From Horticoccus luteus (GTDB lineage Bacteria > Verrucomicrobiota > Verrucomicrobiia > Opitutales > Opitutaceae): DNA of 32,000 bases. The stretch spans positions 4,200,001 through 4,232,000 of the forward strand of contig NZ_CP080507.1 in NCBI RefSeq assembly GCF_019464535.1, read 5' to 3'. The position numbers and the translations under genes were made by a program. This document shows, in pieces, positions 20,302 through 28,047 of this stretch (position 1 is its first letter; the number at the start of each line of letters is the position of its first letter). The notes under the pieces were generated by a model. The model ran no database searches. It was not told where the DNA came from and worked only from the letters and a program-made list of their open reading frames with translations.

Positions 20302-21573
20302 TCAATCCGTTTCCCGCGCCAGCTTCGCACGGAGCTCCGCGATGAAATCGTCCGTCTCTTGCGCCAGGTCGGCGAGTTCCACCACGACCGGACCGAGGTG
20401 CCGCGACGTGAGCAGCTTTTCCTCCTGGCACGATTCCGCCGCCCGCAACGCGTCGTCGAGATACTCCCGCGCTTTCTTCAGCCGTACGATCGCCCCGGCG
20501 CAACACTCCAACGGCGGCGGCCACTCGCGGCTGTTGAGCGCGCCCGCGAGCTTCGCGCCCGCCATCATCGTGGCATCGAGCAACTCCCTCACCGGGTGCT
20601 CCTGACCGGCGTTTTCGGGCAGCCAGTTCTCGCCGTTGGCCTGATGATACAAGCCCGAGTGCAATGCCGCCGCTCGCTCCACCAGCGGGTGCCGGAAGTC
20701 CAGCTCGGCCGCCGCTTCCGGGTCGGGATTCGCCAACGCCTCCTCGGCCGCCCGGTTCGCCTCTTCAATCCACGCGGCGTTTTCCGCAAGTTGCTCCGGC
20801 GTCGGGTCCGGCTCGCCGCGCTCACGCCGGAGCCGGTCGATTTCCTCCTCGAGAATCGACTCGTAATCCGCGTCTTCTCCTTCGCGCTCCAGCCGCGCGG
20901 CGATCCGATCGGCGAGCAAATCGCTCCGCGCCTGTCGCGCTTCCGCCTCTGCTTCAGTCTCAGGCTTCTCGCTCCATTCCCCCTCGTCCTCTTCGGCACC
21001 GCTCGATTCTGCGTTCGTCTCGGCCGCAGTGGCGTCGGCCGCCTCCCCTGTCTCCGCCGCCGTGAAGACTTCGCCGAGACGATCCATAAAGCCGATTAAC
21101 GCCTCGCCGTTGGCGCGACGCTGCGCCTCTTCCTCGGCGGCGGTCATCTCCCACGCCGGATCGCCGATCACCGTCAGCTCGAACCCCGCCGTCTCGATCA
21201 CCACGCGGCCATTGCGCTGCGAAAACCACTCCAGATACAGCGAATTTCCCCAGAGCCACGGCATCTCGCGACCGGTCTTGTAGTAGAGGTGAAGCTGATC
21301 GAGCGGAGTGTCCGGCACCCGCACCTTGCGCGACGCCGTGATATCGCCCACCACGCCCTCCTGCCGCGCGGCAAAACTCGCCGGCAAATCCAGCTTCGGC
21401 GCAGGATTGACGAACGCCAGCCGCCGCCCCGCCACGTCGCGCCAGCCGTTGCCCTGCAACGCCAACTCCACCGGCTCCGCACGTCCGTTAAACCAAATCC
21501 GCCCGGTCATGCGTCCGCGCACGCGGTTGTCGATCTCGCCGCGAACCACCTGCTCGTCGATGCGCCACGCCAT
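20302..21573 (-). CDS. Hypothetical protein (423 aa): N-terminal beta-rich domain, acidic low-complexity linker, C-terminal helical domain
   Basis: ATG at 21573 (MAWRIDEQVVRGEIDNR). The track start at 21654 is a TTG that would abut the neighbouring gene. GC-rich third codon positions run throughout. I recognise no family. Confidence 0.6.
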   Translation of the reverse strand: MAWRIDEQVVRGEIDNRVRGRMTGRIWFNGRAEPVELALQGNGWRDVAGRRLAFVNPAPKLDLPASFAARQEGVVGDITASRKVRVPDTPLDQLHLYYKTGREMPWLWGNSLYLEWFSQRNGRVVIETAGFELTVIGDPAWEMTAAEEEAQRRANGEALIGFMDRLGEVFTAAETGEAADATAAETNAESSGAEEDEGEWSEKPETEAEAEARQARSDLLADRIAARLEREGEDADYESILEEEIDRLRRERGEPDPTPEQLAENAAWIEEANRAAEEALANPDPEAAAELDFRHPLVERAAALHSGLYHQANGENWLPENAGQEHPVRELLDATMMAGAKLAGALNSREWPPPLECCAGAIVRLKKAREYLDDALRAAESCQEEKLLTSRHLGPVVVELADLAQETDDFIAELRAKLARETD

Positions 21574-21656
21574 GACCGCGAGCGTGGAAGTTTCCCCGCC
21601 CGTGGCAACCGCTCGTTGCACGCAACCGCCGCCGCTCCCTGCGGTCTGCGCCAAGC

Positions 21657-22307
21657 ATGAAATCCGTCTCGGCCTGGTGTGCCATCGCCCTGCTCCTTGC
21701 CGCGGCCTACGGCTGCTCCTCCACTTACTACAACGCGATGGAGAAGTTCGGCTTCGCCAAACGCGACATCCTCGTCGATCGCGTCGATGCCACCCGCGAC
21801 GCGCAAGCGAAGGCCAAGGAACAGTTTTCCAGCGCGCTCGAACACTTCATCGCCGTTACGCACGCCGACGGCGGCGACCTCCAGCGCAAATACGACGACC
21901 TCAATCGCGAATACATCCGCAGCGAAGACCGCGCCAAGGACGTGCGCAACCGCATCGCCGCCGTGGACGATGTCGCCGACGCGTTGTTCAGCGAATGGAA
22001 GTCCGAGTTGAAGGAATACTCCAACGCCTCCCTCCGCTCCCAAAGCCAGCGCCAACTCGACGAGACCCGCCGCCGCTACGAAGAACTCATGCGCCTCATG
22101 CGCCGCGCCGCCGATCGCATGGACCCGGTGCTCGCGACGTTTCACGACCAGGTGCTCTTTCTGAAACACAACCTCAACGCCCGCGCCATCGCCTCGCTCG
22201 ACACCACGCGCAGCACCCTCGAAGCCGACGTCACCCGCCTGATCGCCGACATGGAAGCCTCCATCCGCGAAGCGGAAACGTTCATCCAGTCGCTCAAAGC
22301 GCCCTGA
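21657..22307 (+). CDS. DUF2959-family lipoprotein (216 aa)
   Basis: The signal/lipobox-like start is AIALLLAAAYGCSS. It is followed by YYNAMEKFGFAKRDILVDRVDATRDAQ, which I recall as the conserved DUF2959 N-terminus. The rest is a coiled-coil-like helical region. Confidence 0.65.
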   Translation: MKSVSAWCAIALLLAAAYGCSSTYYNAMEKFGFAKRDILVDRVDATRDAQAKAKEQFSSALEHFIAVTHADGGDLQRKYDDLNREYIRSEDRAKDVRNRIAAVDDVADALFSEWKSELKEYSNASLRSQSQRQLDETRRRYEELMRLMRRAADRMDPVLATFHDQVLFLKHNLNARAIASLDTTRSTLEADVTRLIADMEASIREAETFIQSLKAP

Positions 22308-22362
22308 ACCCCTCCGCCGCGCGACGCCCAGCCGCGACGCCTCGCGAAAATCTCGCGCGACT

Positions 22363-23034
22363 CTAAAGCGCGCCGACCAGCACCAGCGTAAACCCGTCGT
22401 AGCCCTTGCTGCCGACCGTCTGAATCGTCGTCGCACTCACCCGCGTTTCTTTCGCCAGCAACGTGTGAAACCGCCGGACCCCGCGCACGCCTTCGTCGGT
22501 AGTGTCCGCGTCGGCGAGCGCGCCCTTCCGCACCACATTATCCACCACGATCGCGGTGCCGGGCCGCGCCAGCTTGAGCGCCCATTTAAAATATTCCGGG
22601 ATGCCCGCCTTGTCCGCGTCGATGAAGATGAAGTCGAACGGCTCCGCCCCTTCCGCCGCCAGTTGCTCCAATGTCCCGGCCGCCCGCCCCACTCGCACGT
22701 CGATGCGCTCGGCCACGCCCGCGCGCGCAAAATTCCCTCGCGCCACCGCCGCGTGCTTCGCCTCCAATTCCAACGTGACCACGCGCCCGTCCGCCGGCAG
22801 CGCCCGCGCCAGCCAGATCGTGCTGTAACCGCCGAGCGTGCCGATTTCCAGGATCCGCCGCGCACCCGACATCCGCGCCAGAAGGTGCAGCAACTTCCCT
22901 TGCGGCGGCGACACCGCGATCGGCGGCAATCCCGCGGCCTCGCTGGCCTCGCGCGCCGCGGTTAAGCCTCTGTCCTCCGTCACCAGCAAACCGGTCACGT
23001 AATCGTCCACGGCCTTCCATTGCTCAGTGCTCAT
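22363..23034 (-). CDS. Class I SAM-dependent O-methyltransferase (caffeoyl-CoA OMT-like, 223 aa)
   Basis: ATG at 23034 (MSTEQWKAVDDY). The SAM-binding motif is ILEIGTLGGYSTIWLA. The conserved FDFIFIDADK and IVVDNV motifs are typical of the Methyltransf_3 family. Confidence 0.82.
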   Translation of the reverse strand: MSTEQWKAVDDYVTGLLVTEDRGLTAAREASEAAGLPPIAVSPPQGKLLHLLARMSGARRILEIGTLGGYSTIWLARALPADGRVVTLELEAKHAAVARGNFARAGVAERIDVRVGRAAGTLEQLAAEGAEPFDFIFIDADKAGIPEYFKWALKLARPGTAIVVDNVVRKGALADADTTDEGVRGVRRFHTLLAKETRVSATTIQTVGSKGYDGFTLVLVGAL

Positions 23035-23221
23035 GCGACGATCATCGCGCCGCGGCCCGCCTCCGTCAAATCCCCCGCGTCTCCGCGCACTCATCCGCGC
23101 CGCCGTCCGCGCCGCACGAGGGTCAGCCCGCTGCTTCCAACGCTCCGCGTGCGCCCGCAAATTTTGTTCGCTTTCGCTCCGACGCGCAGCTCTTCCTGCC
23201 GCCGCGTCCAACGCATTTCCC

Positions 23222-24217
23222 ATGTCCACGTTCCCGCTCACGTTTCGCCTCGTCGATGCTCCCGACCAGCCCGTCATCGGTCCGGATCACCCCGATCTCG
23301 ATGGCAACAAATACGGCTTCGAAGGCGGCTGCTTCGTCAAGGAAGCCGACGGCTACCACGCGTTCATGGCCGAGATCGCCGACGATCCCTTCAACGTCCG
23401 CATGCGCCTCGCGCATTGGCACAGCCCGGACCTGCGCACGTGGCGGCGCGTCGGCACGCTTTACGAAACCGACAGCAGCATCATCCCGGGCGACACCCGC
23501 TTTTCGCTCTGGTCGCCGATGGTCGTGTTTAACGACGACGAGCAGCGTTGGAACCTGTTCTACGTCGCTTATACGCCGGGCGAAGGCGTCATTCACGGCC
23601 AGCACACCAACGGCCGGATCTGGCGTGCCATTTCAACGATTGCCGGCCGCGCCGGCGTGGGCGGCCCTTATCGCGATGTGGGCATCGTCTTGCAACCCGA
23701 TGCGGAGTCCGAGCCGTGGGAAGGCCAGCAAGCCACCGACTCCTTCTATCCGTGGCGCGTGGGCGCCCAATGGTATTCGTTTTACGGCGGGCACAATTAC
23801 GTCCCGCCCGGACCGTGGCCCGTCGGTCTCGCGCAAGCGCCCGCGCTGGCGGGGCCGTGGAAACGCTGCCCCGAACTGAATCCTTCGCCCCTCGAACCCG
23901 TCTTCGCGGAAAATCCCCTCGTGACCCGCGTCGGCGCGCACTTCGTGGCGATCTACGACAACTGCGCTCCGGGCGACACCTATATCCCGGAGGCCCGCCA
24001 CATCGGCTATTCGGTCTCGGCCGACGGCATTCACTGGCCGAAAGGCGGCAACCTCGCCGTGCAACCGCCCACCGGTCCGGCCCAGTGGAGCGAAGATATT
24101 CGCACGCCGCTCGGACTCATCGCCGAGGACGACGGCACGTTCATGATGCTCTACACCGGCAAACTGCGCGGCCACAAATTCTGGCCCGTCGGCCTCGCCC
24201 GGCTCGCCCTCGCGTAA
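23222..24217 (+). CDS. Hypothetical protein, probable five-bladed beta-propeller glycoside-hydrolase-like fold (GH43/32/130-type), no signal peptide (331 aa)
   Basis: ATG at 23222 (MSTFPLTFRL). Blade-like motifs recur: GGCFVKEADGYHAFM, LWSPMVVFNDDEQRWNLFYVA, GRIWRAIS..GPY, WRVGAQWYSFYGG, GLAQAPALAGPWKR and IGYSVSADGIHW. The fold assignment is by pattern only. Confidence 0.45.
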   Translation: MSTFPLTFRLVDAPDQPVIGPDHPDLDGNKYGFEGGCFVKEADGYHAFMAEIADDPFNVRMRLAHWHSPDLRTWRRVGTLYETDSSIIPGDTRFSLWSPMVVFNDDEQRWNLFYVAYTPGEGVIHGQHTNGRIWRAISTIAGRAGVGGPYRDVGIVLQPDAESEPWEGQQATDSFYPWRVGAQWYSFYGGHNYVPPGPWPVGLAQAPALAGPWKRCPELNPSPLEPVFAENPLVTRVGAHFVAIYDNCAPGDTYIPEARHIGYSVSADGIHWPKGGNLAVQPPTGPAQWSEDIRTPLGLIAEDDGTFMMLYTGKLRGHKFWPVGLARLALA

Positions 24218-24240
24218 ACGCTTCGCGCGGTCCTCGCTCT

Positions 24241-24615
24241 TCAACGCATCACGCCCGCGCCGCCTTTGCGGATGCGTTCCGCTTCGCATTCCGGCGAGCC
24301 GCGTCCGAGATCGCGGCAGACCTGCGGCCGCCGCTCGTAAATCGCACACACCTGCCAGATCGCGCCGTCGGACTGACGCTCCTCCGTGAGCGCCGCGCAA
24401 TGTCCCCCGCCCATGCGCATGAAGGCCCGGTGCCCGATGAAATGCGCCACGCGCTCCGCATCGGCGCCGAGCCGCTCCCAGTCATCGCCCGACACCCGCA
24501 CATACGTGTCGCTCGAGGAGCGGCAGCACAGACCACAACACCGGCAATCGGCGGGAGGGTTCAAGGGGAAGGCGGGATGAAGCGCCCAATCTGCCGCTTG
24601 CCCGCCCGTTGGCAA
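24241..24615 (-). CDS. YkgJ-family cysteine-cluster protein (UPF0153)
   Basis: The motif CRCCGLCC (CxxCGxCC) is followed by GHCAAL and CAIYERRPQVCR. The track start at 24615 is a TTG. An in-frame TTG at 24564 (giving MNPPADCRCCG, 107 aa) is equally plausible and leaves more promoter space. Confidence 0.7.
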   Translation of the reverse strand: MPTGGQAADWALHPAFPLNPPADCRCCGLCCRSSSDTYVRVSGDDWERLGADAERVAHFIGHRAFMRMGGGHCAALTEERQSDGAIWQVCAIYERRPQVCRDLGRGSPECEAERIRKGGAGVMR

Positions 24616-24632
24616 CGTTGTCCACTTTCCAC

Positions 24633-25217
24633 ATGGAAGCCCACGCCCGCGCCCGCGCCCTCATCGACGCCGCCCACGCCGCCGATCCTGACCGCAGCGC
24701 CGACGGCCGCCCCGCCGAGCTCGTTTACGCCGACCGCATGGAAGCCTGGGTCGCGCGCCTCCAGCCCGCTGCGAGCGAAGCCCTCCGCCTCGCCGCTCGC
24801 GCCCAGCATCTCGAACGCTGGTCCGTGCCACGCGCGAGTTTCCCTCTCGGCAAAACGGGTTATCACGCCTGGCGCCGCTCGCTCTACACGAAGCAAGCCG
24901 GGCGCGCCCGCGAACTCCTCCTCGCCGCCGGCGTCTCCGCCGGCGAAGCCGCCGATGTCGCGACGTGGGTTTCGAAAACCGGTCTCGCCTCCAATCCCGG
25001 CACGCAAGCACTGGAAGATGCCGCCTGCCTCGTGTTTCTCGAAAACGAAATCGGCTCCTTCGCCGCGCAACACGCCGAATATCCCCGCGAGAAATTTGTC
25101 GAGATCCTGCGCAAGACGTGGCGAAAAATGAGCCCGGCCGCCCAGTCCGCCGCGCGCGCCCTCGATCTTCCGCCCGCCATCGCCGCCCTCGTGCGCGACG
25201 CCGCCGGCGCCGCGTGA
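24633..25217 (+). CDS. DUF4202-domain protein (194 aa)
   Basis: The first ATG is at 24633 (MEAHARARALIDAAH); the track start at 24609 is a TTG. The pattern DP..........P.ELVYADRM...V..L.P.ASEALRLAARAQHLERW..PR..FP.G..GY..WR matches my recollection of DUF4202. Confidence 0.6.
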   Translation: MEAHARARALIDAAHAADPDRSADGRPAELVYADRMEAWVARLQPAASEALRLAARAQHLERWSVPRASFPLGKTGYHAWRRSLYTKQAGRARELLLAAGVSAGEAADVATWVSKTGLASNPGTQALEDAACLVFLENEIGSFAAQHAEYPREKFVEILRKTWRKMSPAAQSAARALDLPPAIAALVRDAAGAA

Positions 25218-25278
25218 GCGGGCGCGGCCGCGCGGTTTCGGCGTTACTTCAACCGGCGTCCCGGCTAACTCCGCGTCC

Positions 25279-26358
25279 ATGCACTTCCCCGCTCTTCGCT
25301 ACGCGCTCGTCGGCGCCGGCGGCATTTCCTCCGTGCATCTGCGCGCGATCGCCACGCAGCCCGGCGTGACCCTCGTCGGCATCGCCGATCCCGCGGCCCC
25401 GGAACTCTGGCGCGTGCCCGCCGAATTTGCCGCCGCACCGCGCTTTCACGACGAGCAAGAGCTGCTGCGCGAAACCAAGCCCGATCTCGTTTCGATCTGC
25501 ACGCCGAACGTTTTCCATCACCAGCTCACGCTGCTTGCGCTGCGGCATGGCGCCAGCGTCATGTGCGAGAAACCGATGGCGACCACCGTCGCGCAAGCCG
25601 AGGAAATGGAGGCCGTGCGCGCGGCCGCGGGCAAACTCGGCGGCATCAATTTTTCCTACCGCAACGTCGGCTCGTTCCGTTTCGCGCGCGATCTCGTCGC
25701 CGCCGGCGAGCTCGGCCGGCTCACGCGGGTGAACGTCGTTTACCTGCAAAGCTTCCTCGGCGCGCGCATGACGCTGCACTCGTGGCGCAACGATCTCGCG
25801 ATCGCCGGGTTTGGCGCCCTCGGCGACCTCGGCGTGCACATGATCGATGCCGTGCGCTTCATCACCGACCTCGATTACCGGCGCGTCGTCGGCGTGGCGC
25901 AGACCCAGATTCGCGAGAAACCCGACGCGACGGGGCGCCTTCAACCGGTCACCACCGACACCAACGCCGCGTTTCTCGCCGAACTTTCCGGCGGCGTGAT
26001 CGGCACGTTCGAGACCACGCAGATCGCGCCCGGCTACGGCAATTATTTCCGCGTCGAGCTCTCCGGCGAACACGGCACGCTCGCGGTGCATTCCGACCAG
26101 CCCGACGAAATCTGGCTGCGCGCCGGCGCGACGATGACCGCCTACGCCACGTGGAAAACCGATCTTCCGTTGCAGAAAGTGCCCACTGATTTTCTCGCGC
26201 GCGGGGCGCCGCCCACGCCTGGCGCGATCGTTTCGGCGCTGCGCGGCGAAAGCGTTTCCTATCCGACGTTCGCCGACGGCGTGCACGCCCAGCGCGTGCT
26301 CGGCGCGATCGCCGCGTCGATGACCAACGGCGCCTGGCAAACCCTTCCCTCACTATGA
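25279..26358 (+). CDS. Gfo/Idh/MocA-family NAD(P)-dependent oxidoreductase
   Basis: The N-terminal Rossmann segment is YALVGAGGISSVHLRAI. The conserved EKP motif appears as VMCEKPMA. The C-terminal alpha/beta dimerisation domain is present. Confidence 0.85.
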   Translation: MHFPALRYALVGAGGISSVHLRAIATQPGVTLVGIADPAAPELWRVPAEFAAAPRFHDEQELLRETKPDLVSICTPNVFHHQLTLLALRHGASVMCEKPMATTVAQAEEMEAVRAAAGKLGGINFSYRNVGSFRFARDLVAAGELGRLTRVNVVYLQSFLGARMTLHSWRNDLAIAGFGALGDLGVHMIDAVRFITDLDYRRVVGVAQTQIREKPDATGRLQPVTTDTNAAFLAELSGGVIGTFETTQIAPGYGNYFRVELSGEHGTLAVHSDQPDEIWLRAGATMTAYATWKTDLPLQKVPTDFLARGAPPTPGAIVSALRGESVSYPTFADGVHAQRVLGAIAASMTNGAWQTLPSL

Positions 26359-26900
26359 TCCGCCCGCCCGAAACCTTCACGACCGCGCGTTTGCTGGCGC
26401 GGCCGCCCCGCGTGGCCGACGCCCCGCAGGCGTTTGCGGTGTATGCGAGCGACCCGGTGGCGACCCGCTACCTGTCGTTCCCGGCCTATCAAGCCGTCAC
26501 GCCGCTCGAAGAGTTTTTTCACACGCGCGAAAACGTGTGGGCTGGCTCGAGCGAGGGTCCGCTCCCGTGGATGTTGTTCCTGCGCGACGATCCCACGCAG
26601 CTCGTCGGCTCCATCGGCGTCACGCTCAACGATCGCGCGGCGGTGTTCGGCTATGCCATTGGCCGGGCGTATTGGGGCCGCGGACTGACCGCGGAAGCGC
26701 TCACGTGGCTCGTCGACTGGGCGCTCGCGCAACCGGGGATTTTCCGCGCGTGGGCTTTTTGCGACGCCGAAAATCTCGCGTCCGCGCGCGTGATGGAAAA
26801 GGCCGGCATGCTGCGCGAAGGCGTGCTCCGGCGCTGGCACATCGCGCCAAACATCAGCCCGGAACCGCGCGACTGCCTCGTCTACGCGAAAGTGAGATGA
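26355..26900 (+). CDS. GNAT-family N-acetyltransferase (RimJ/RimL-like)
   Basis: Its ATG overlaps the upstream stop (ATGA at 26355-26358). The acetyl-CoA binding motif is GYAIGRAYWGRGLTAEAL. The typical C-terminus reads NLASARVMEKAGMLREGVLRR. Confidence 0.85.
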   Translation: MIRPPETFTTARLLARPPRVADAPQAFAVYASDPVATRYLSFPAYQAVTPLEEFFHTRENVWAGSSEGPLPWMLFLRDDPTQLVGSIGVTLNDRAAVFGYAIGRAYWGRGLTAEALTWLVDWALAQPGIFRAWAFCDAENLASARVMEKAGMLREGVLRRWHIAPNISPEPRDCLVYAKVR

Positions 26901-26985
26901 GGACCGGCGCGTGCGCCCCCCGCGCTCGCGCGCGCCCTCGCGGGTTGAGGTTGCGCGGCGTCAATCATGCCTTGTCATTCGTTGG

Positions 26986-27174
26986 ATGAATCCGCGCCTC
27001 AGTCGCTTCGCCCTCACCGCGGCGCTCATTGCGCTGGTGTTGTTGTGCCTGCTCTTCCCGCGGATGCTCGCGTTCGCCGAGATCGCCGGCCGCGAGTTGC
27101 GTTACCTCTGGTGGCTCGTGCTGATCATCGCGGTCTGCCTCTGGCTCTCCTTCAAACTCCGGCCGCGAAAATAG
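26986..27174 (+). CDS. Hypothetical small membrane protein (62 aa, two predicted TM helices)
   Basis: ATG at 26986 (MNPRLSRFALTAALIALVLLCLLF ... WWLVLIIAVCLWLSFKLRPRK). It has GC-rich third codon positions and positively charged termini. There is no homology support. Confidence 0.4.
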   Translation: MNPRLSRFALTAALIALVLLCLLFPRMLAFAEIAGRELRYLWWLVLIIAVCLWLSFKLRPRK

Positions 27175-27195
27175 CCGGCGGCGGCCCGGCGGCGT

Positions 27196-28047
27196 TCAGC
27201 CTTTGAGCGCGCCGGCGGTCACGCCTTTCACGATGTGGCGTTGCAGCGCGAGGTAGATCACGATGATCGGCACCGTCACGAGCATCAAACCGGCGAACAG
27301 CATGCCGAAATCGGAGCGGTATTGCGCGGCGATCGAGAGATTCGCGAGCCCGAGCGGCAGCGTGCGCACGCCCTCGCCCGCCGCGCCGGAGTTGAGCATG
27401 AACGCGAAAAAATACTCCTTCCAAATTCCGATGAACTGGAAAATCGCGACCGTCACCAGACCCGGTTTCGCCAGCGGCAACAGCACGCGGACAAACGCCG
27501 AGAACTCGTTGCAGCCGTCGATCACCGCCGATTCGTAGAGCGACTTCGGCAGCGCGCGGAAAAAACCTGCGAGGATGAATATCGCGAACGGCAGGCCGTT
27601 GGCCGTGTAAACGAGGATCAGGCCCGTGCGCGAGTTCAACAGCCCGAGCGCGCGCAACTCGAAGAACAACGGCACCACCGCCAGTTGCGCCGGCAGCATC
27701 AAACCCGACAGAAACAACCAGAACACCGCCCGGCCCGCGCGGTGATGAAACCGCGCCAGCGCATACGCCGCCATCGCGCCGAGAATCAAAATCAGCCCCA
27801 CCGACACGATCGTGACGAGCACGCTGTTCCACACGTAATCGCCGAAATGCGCCTCGCGCCACGCATGCACATAATTCTCGGTGTGCCACGCGCCGGCCTC
27901 CGGCAGCGCAAAGGGCGTGCGGAAAATGGCGGCGTCGTTCTTGAACGAGGAATACGCGACCCAGATCATCGGAAACACCAGCCACGCCGCGTAGCCAAAC
28001 AGCGCCGCGCTGACGCAACCGCGGGCGAGCGAAGGCGGCCGTTTCAT
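27196..28047 (-). CDS. Carbohydrate-type ABC importer permease (MalG-like)
   Basis: It has six hydrophobic segments and the EAA-loop-like motif YESAVIDGCNEFSAFVRVLLPLAKPG. Its ATG overlaps the stop of the upstream gene (ATGA at 28044-28047). Confidence 0.88.
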   Translation of the reverse strand: MKRPPSLARGCVSAALFGYAAWLVFPMIWVAYSSFKNDAAIFRTPFALPEAGAWHTENYVHAWREAHFGDYVWNSVLVTIVSVGLILILGAMAAYALARFHHRAGRAVFWLFLSGLMLPAQLAVVPLFFELRALGLLNSRTGLILVYTANGLPFAIFILAGFFRALPKSLYESAVIDGCNEFSAFVRVLLPLAKPGLVTVAIFQFIGIWKEYFFAFMLNSGAAGEGVRTLPLGLANLSIAAQYRSDFGMLFAGLMLVTVPIIVIYLALQRHIVKGVTAGALKG

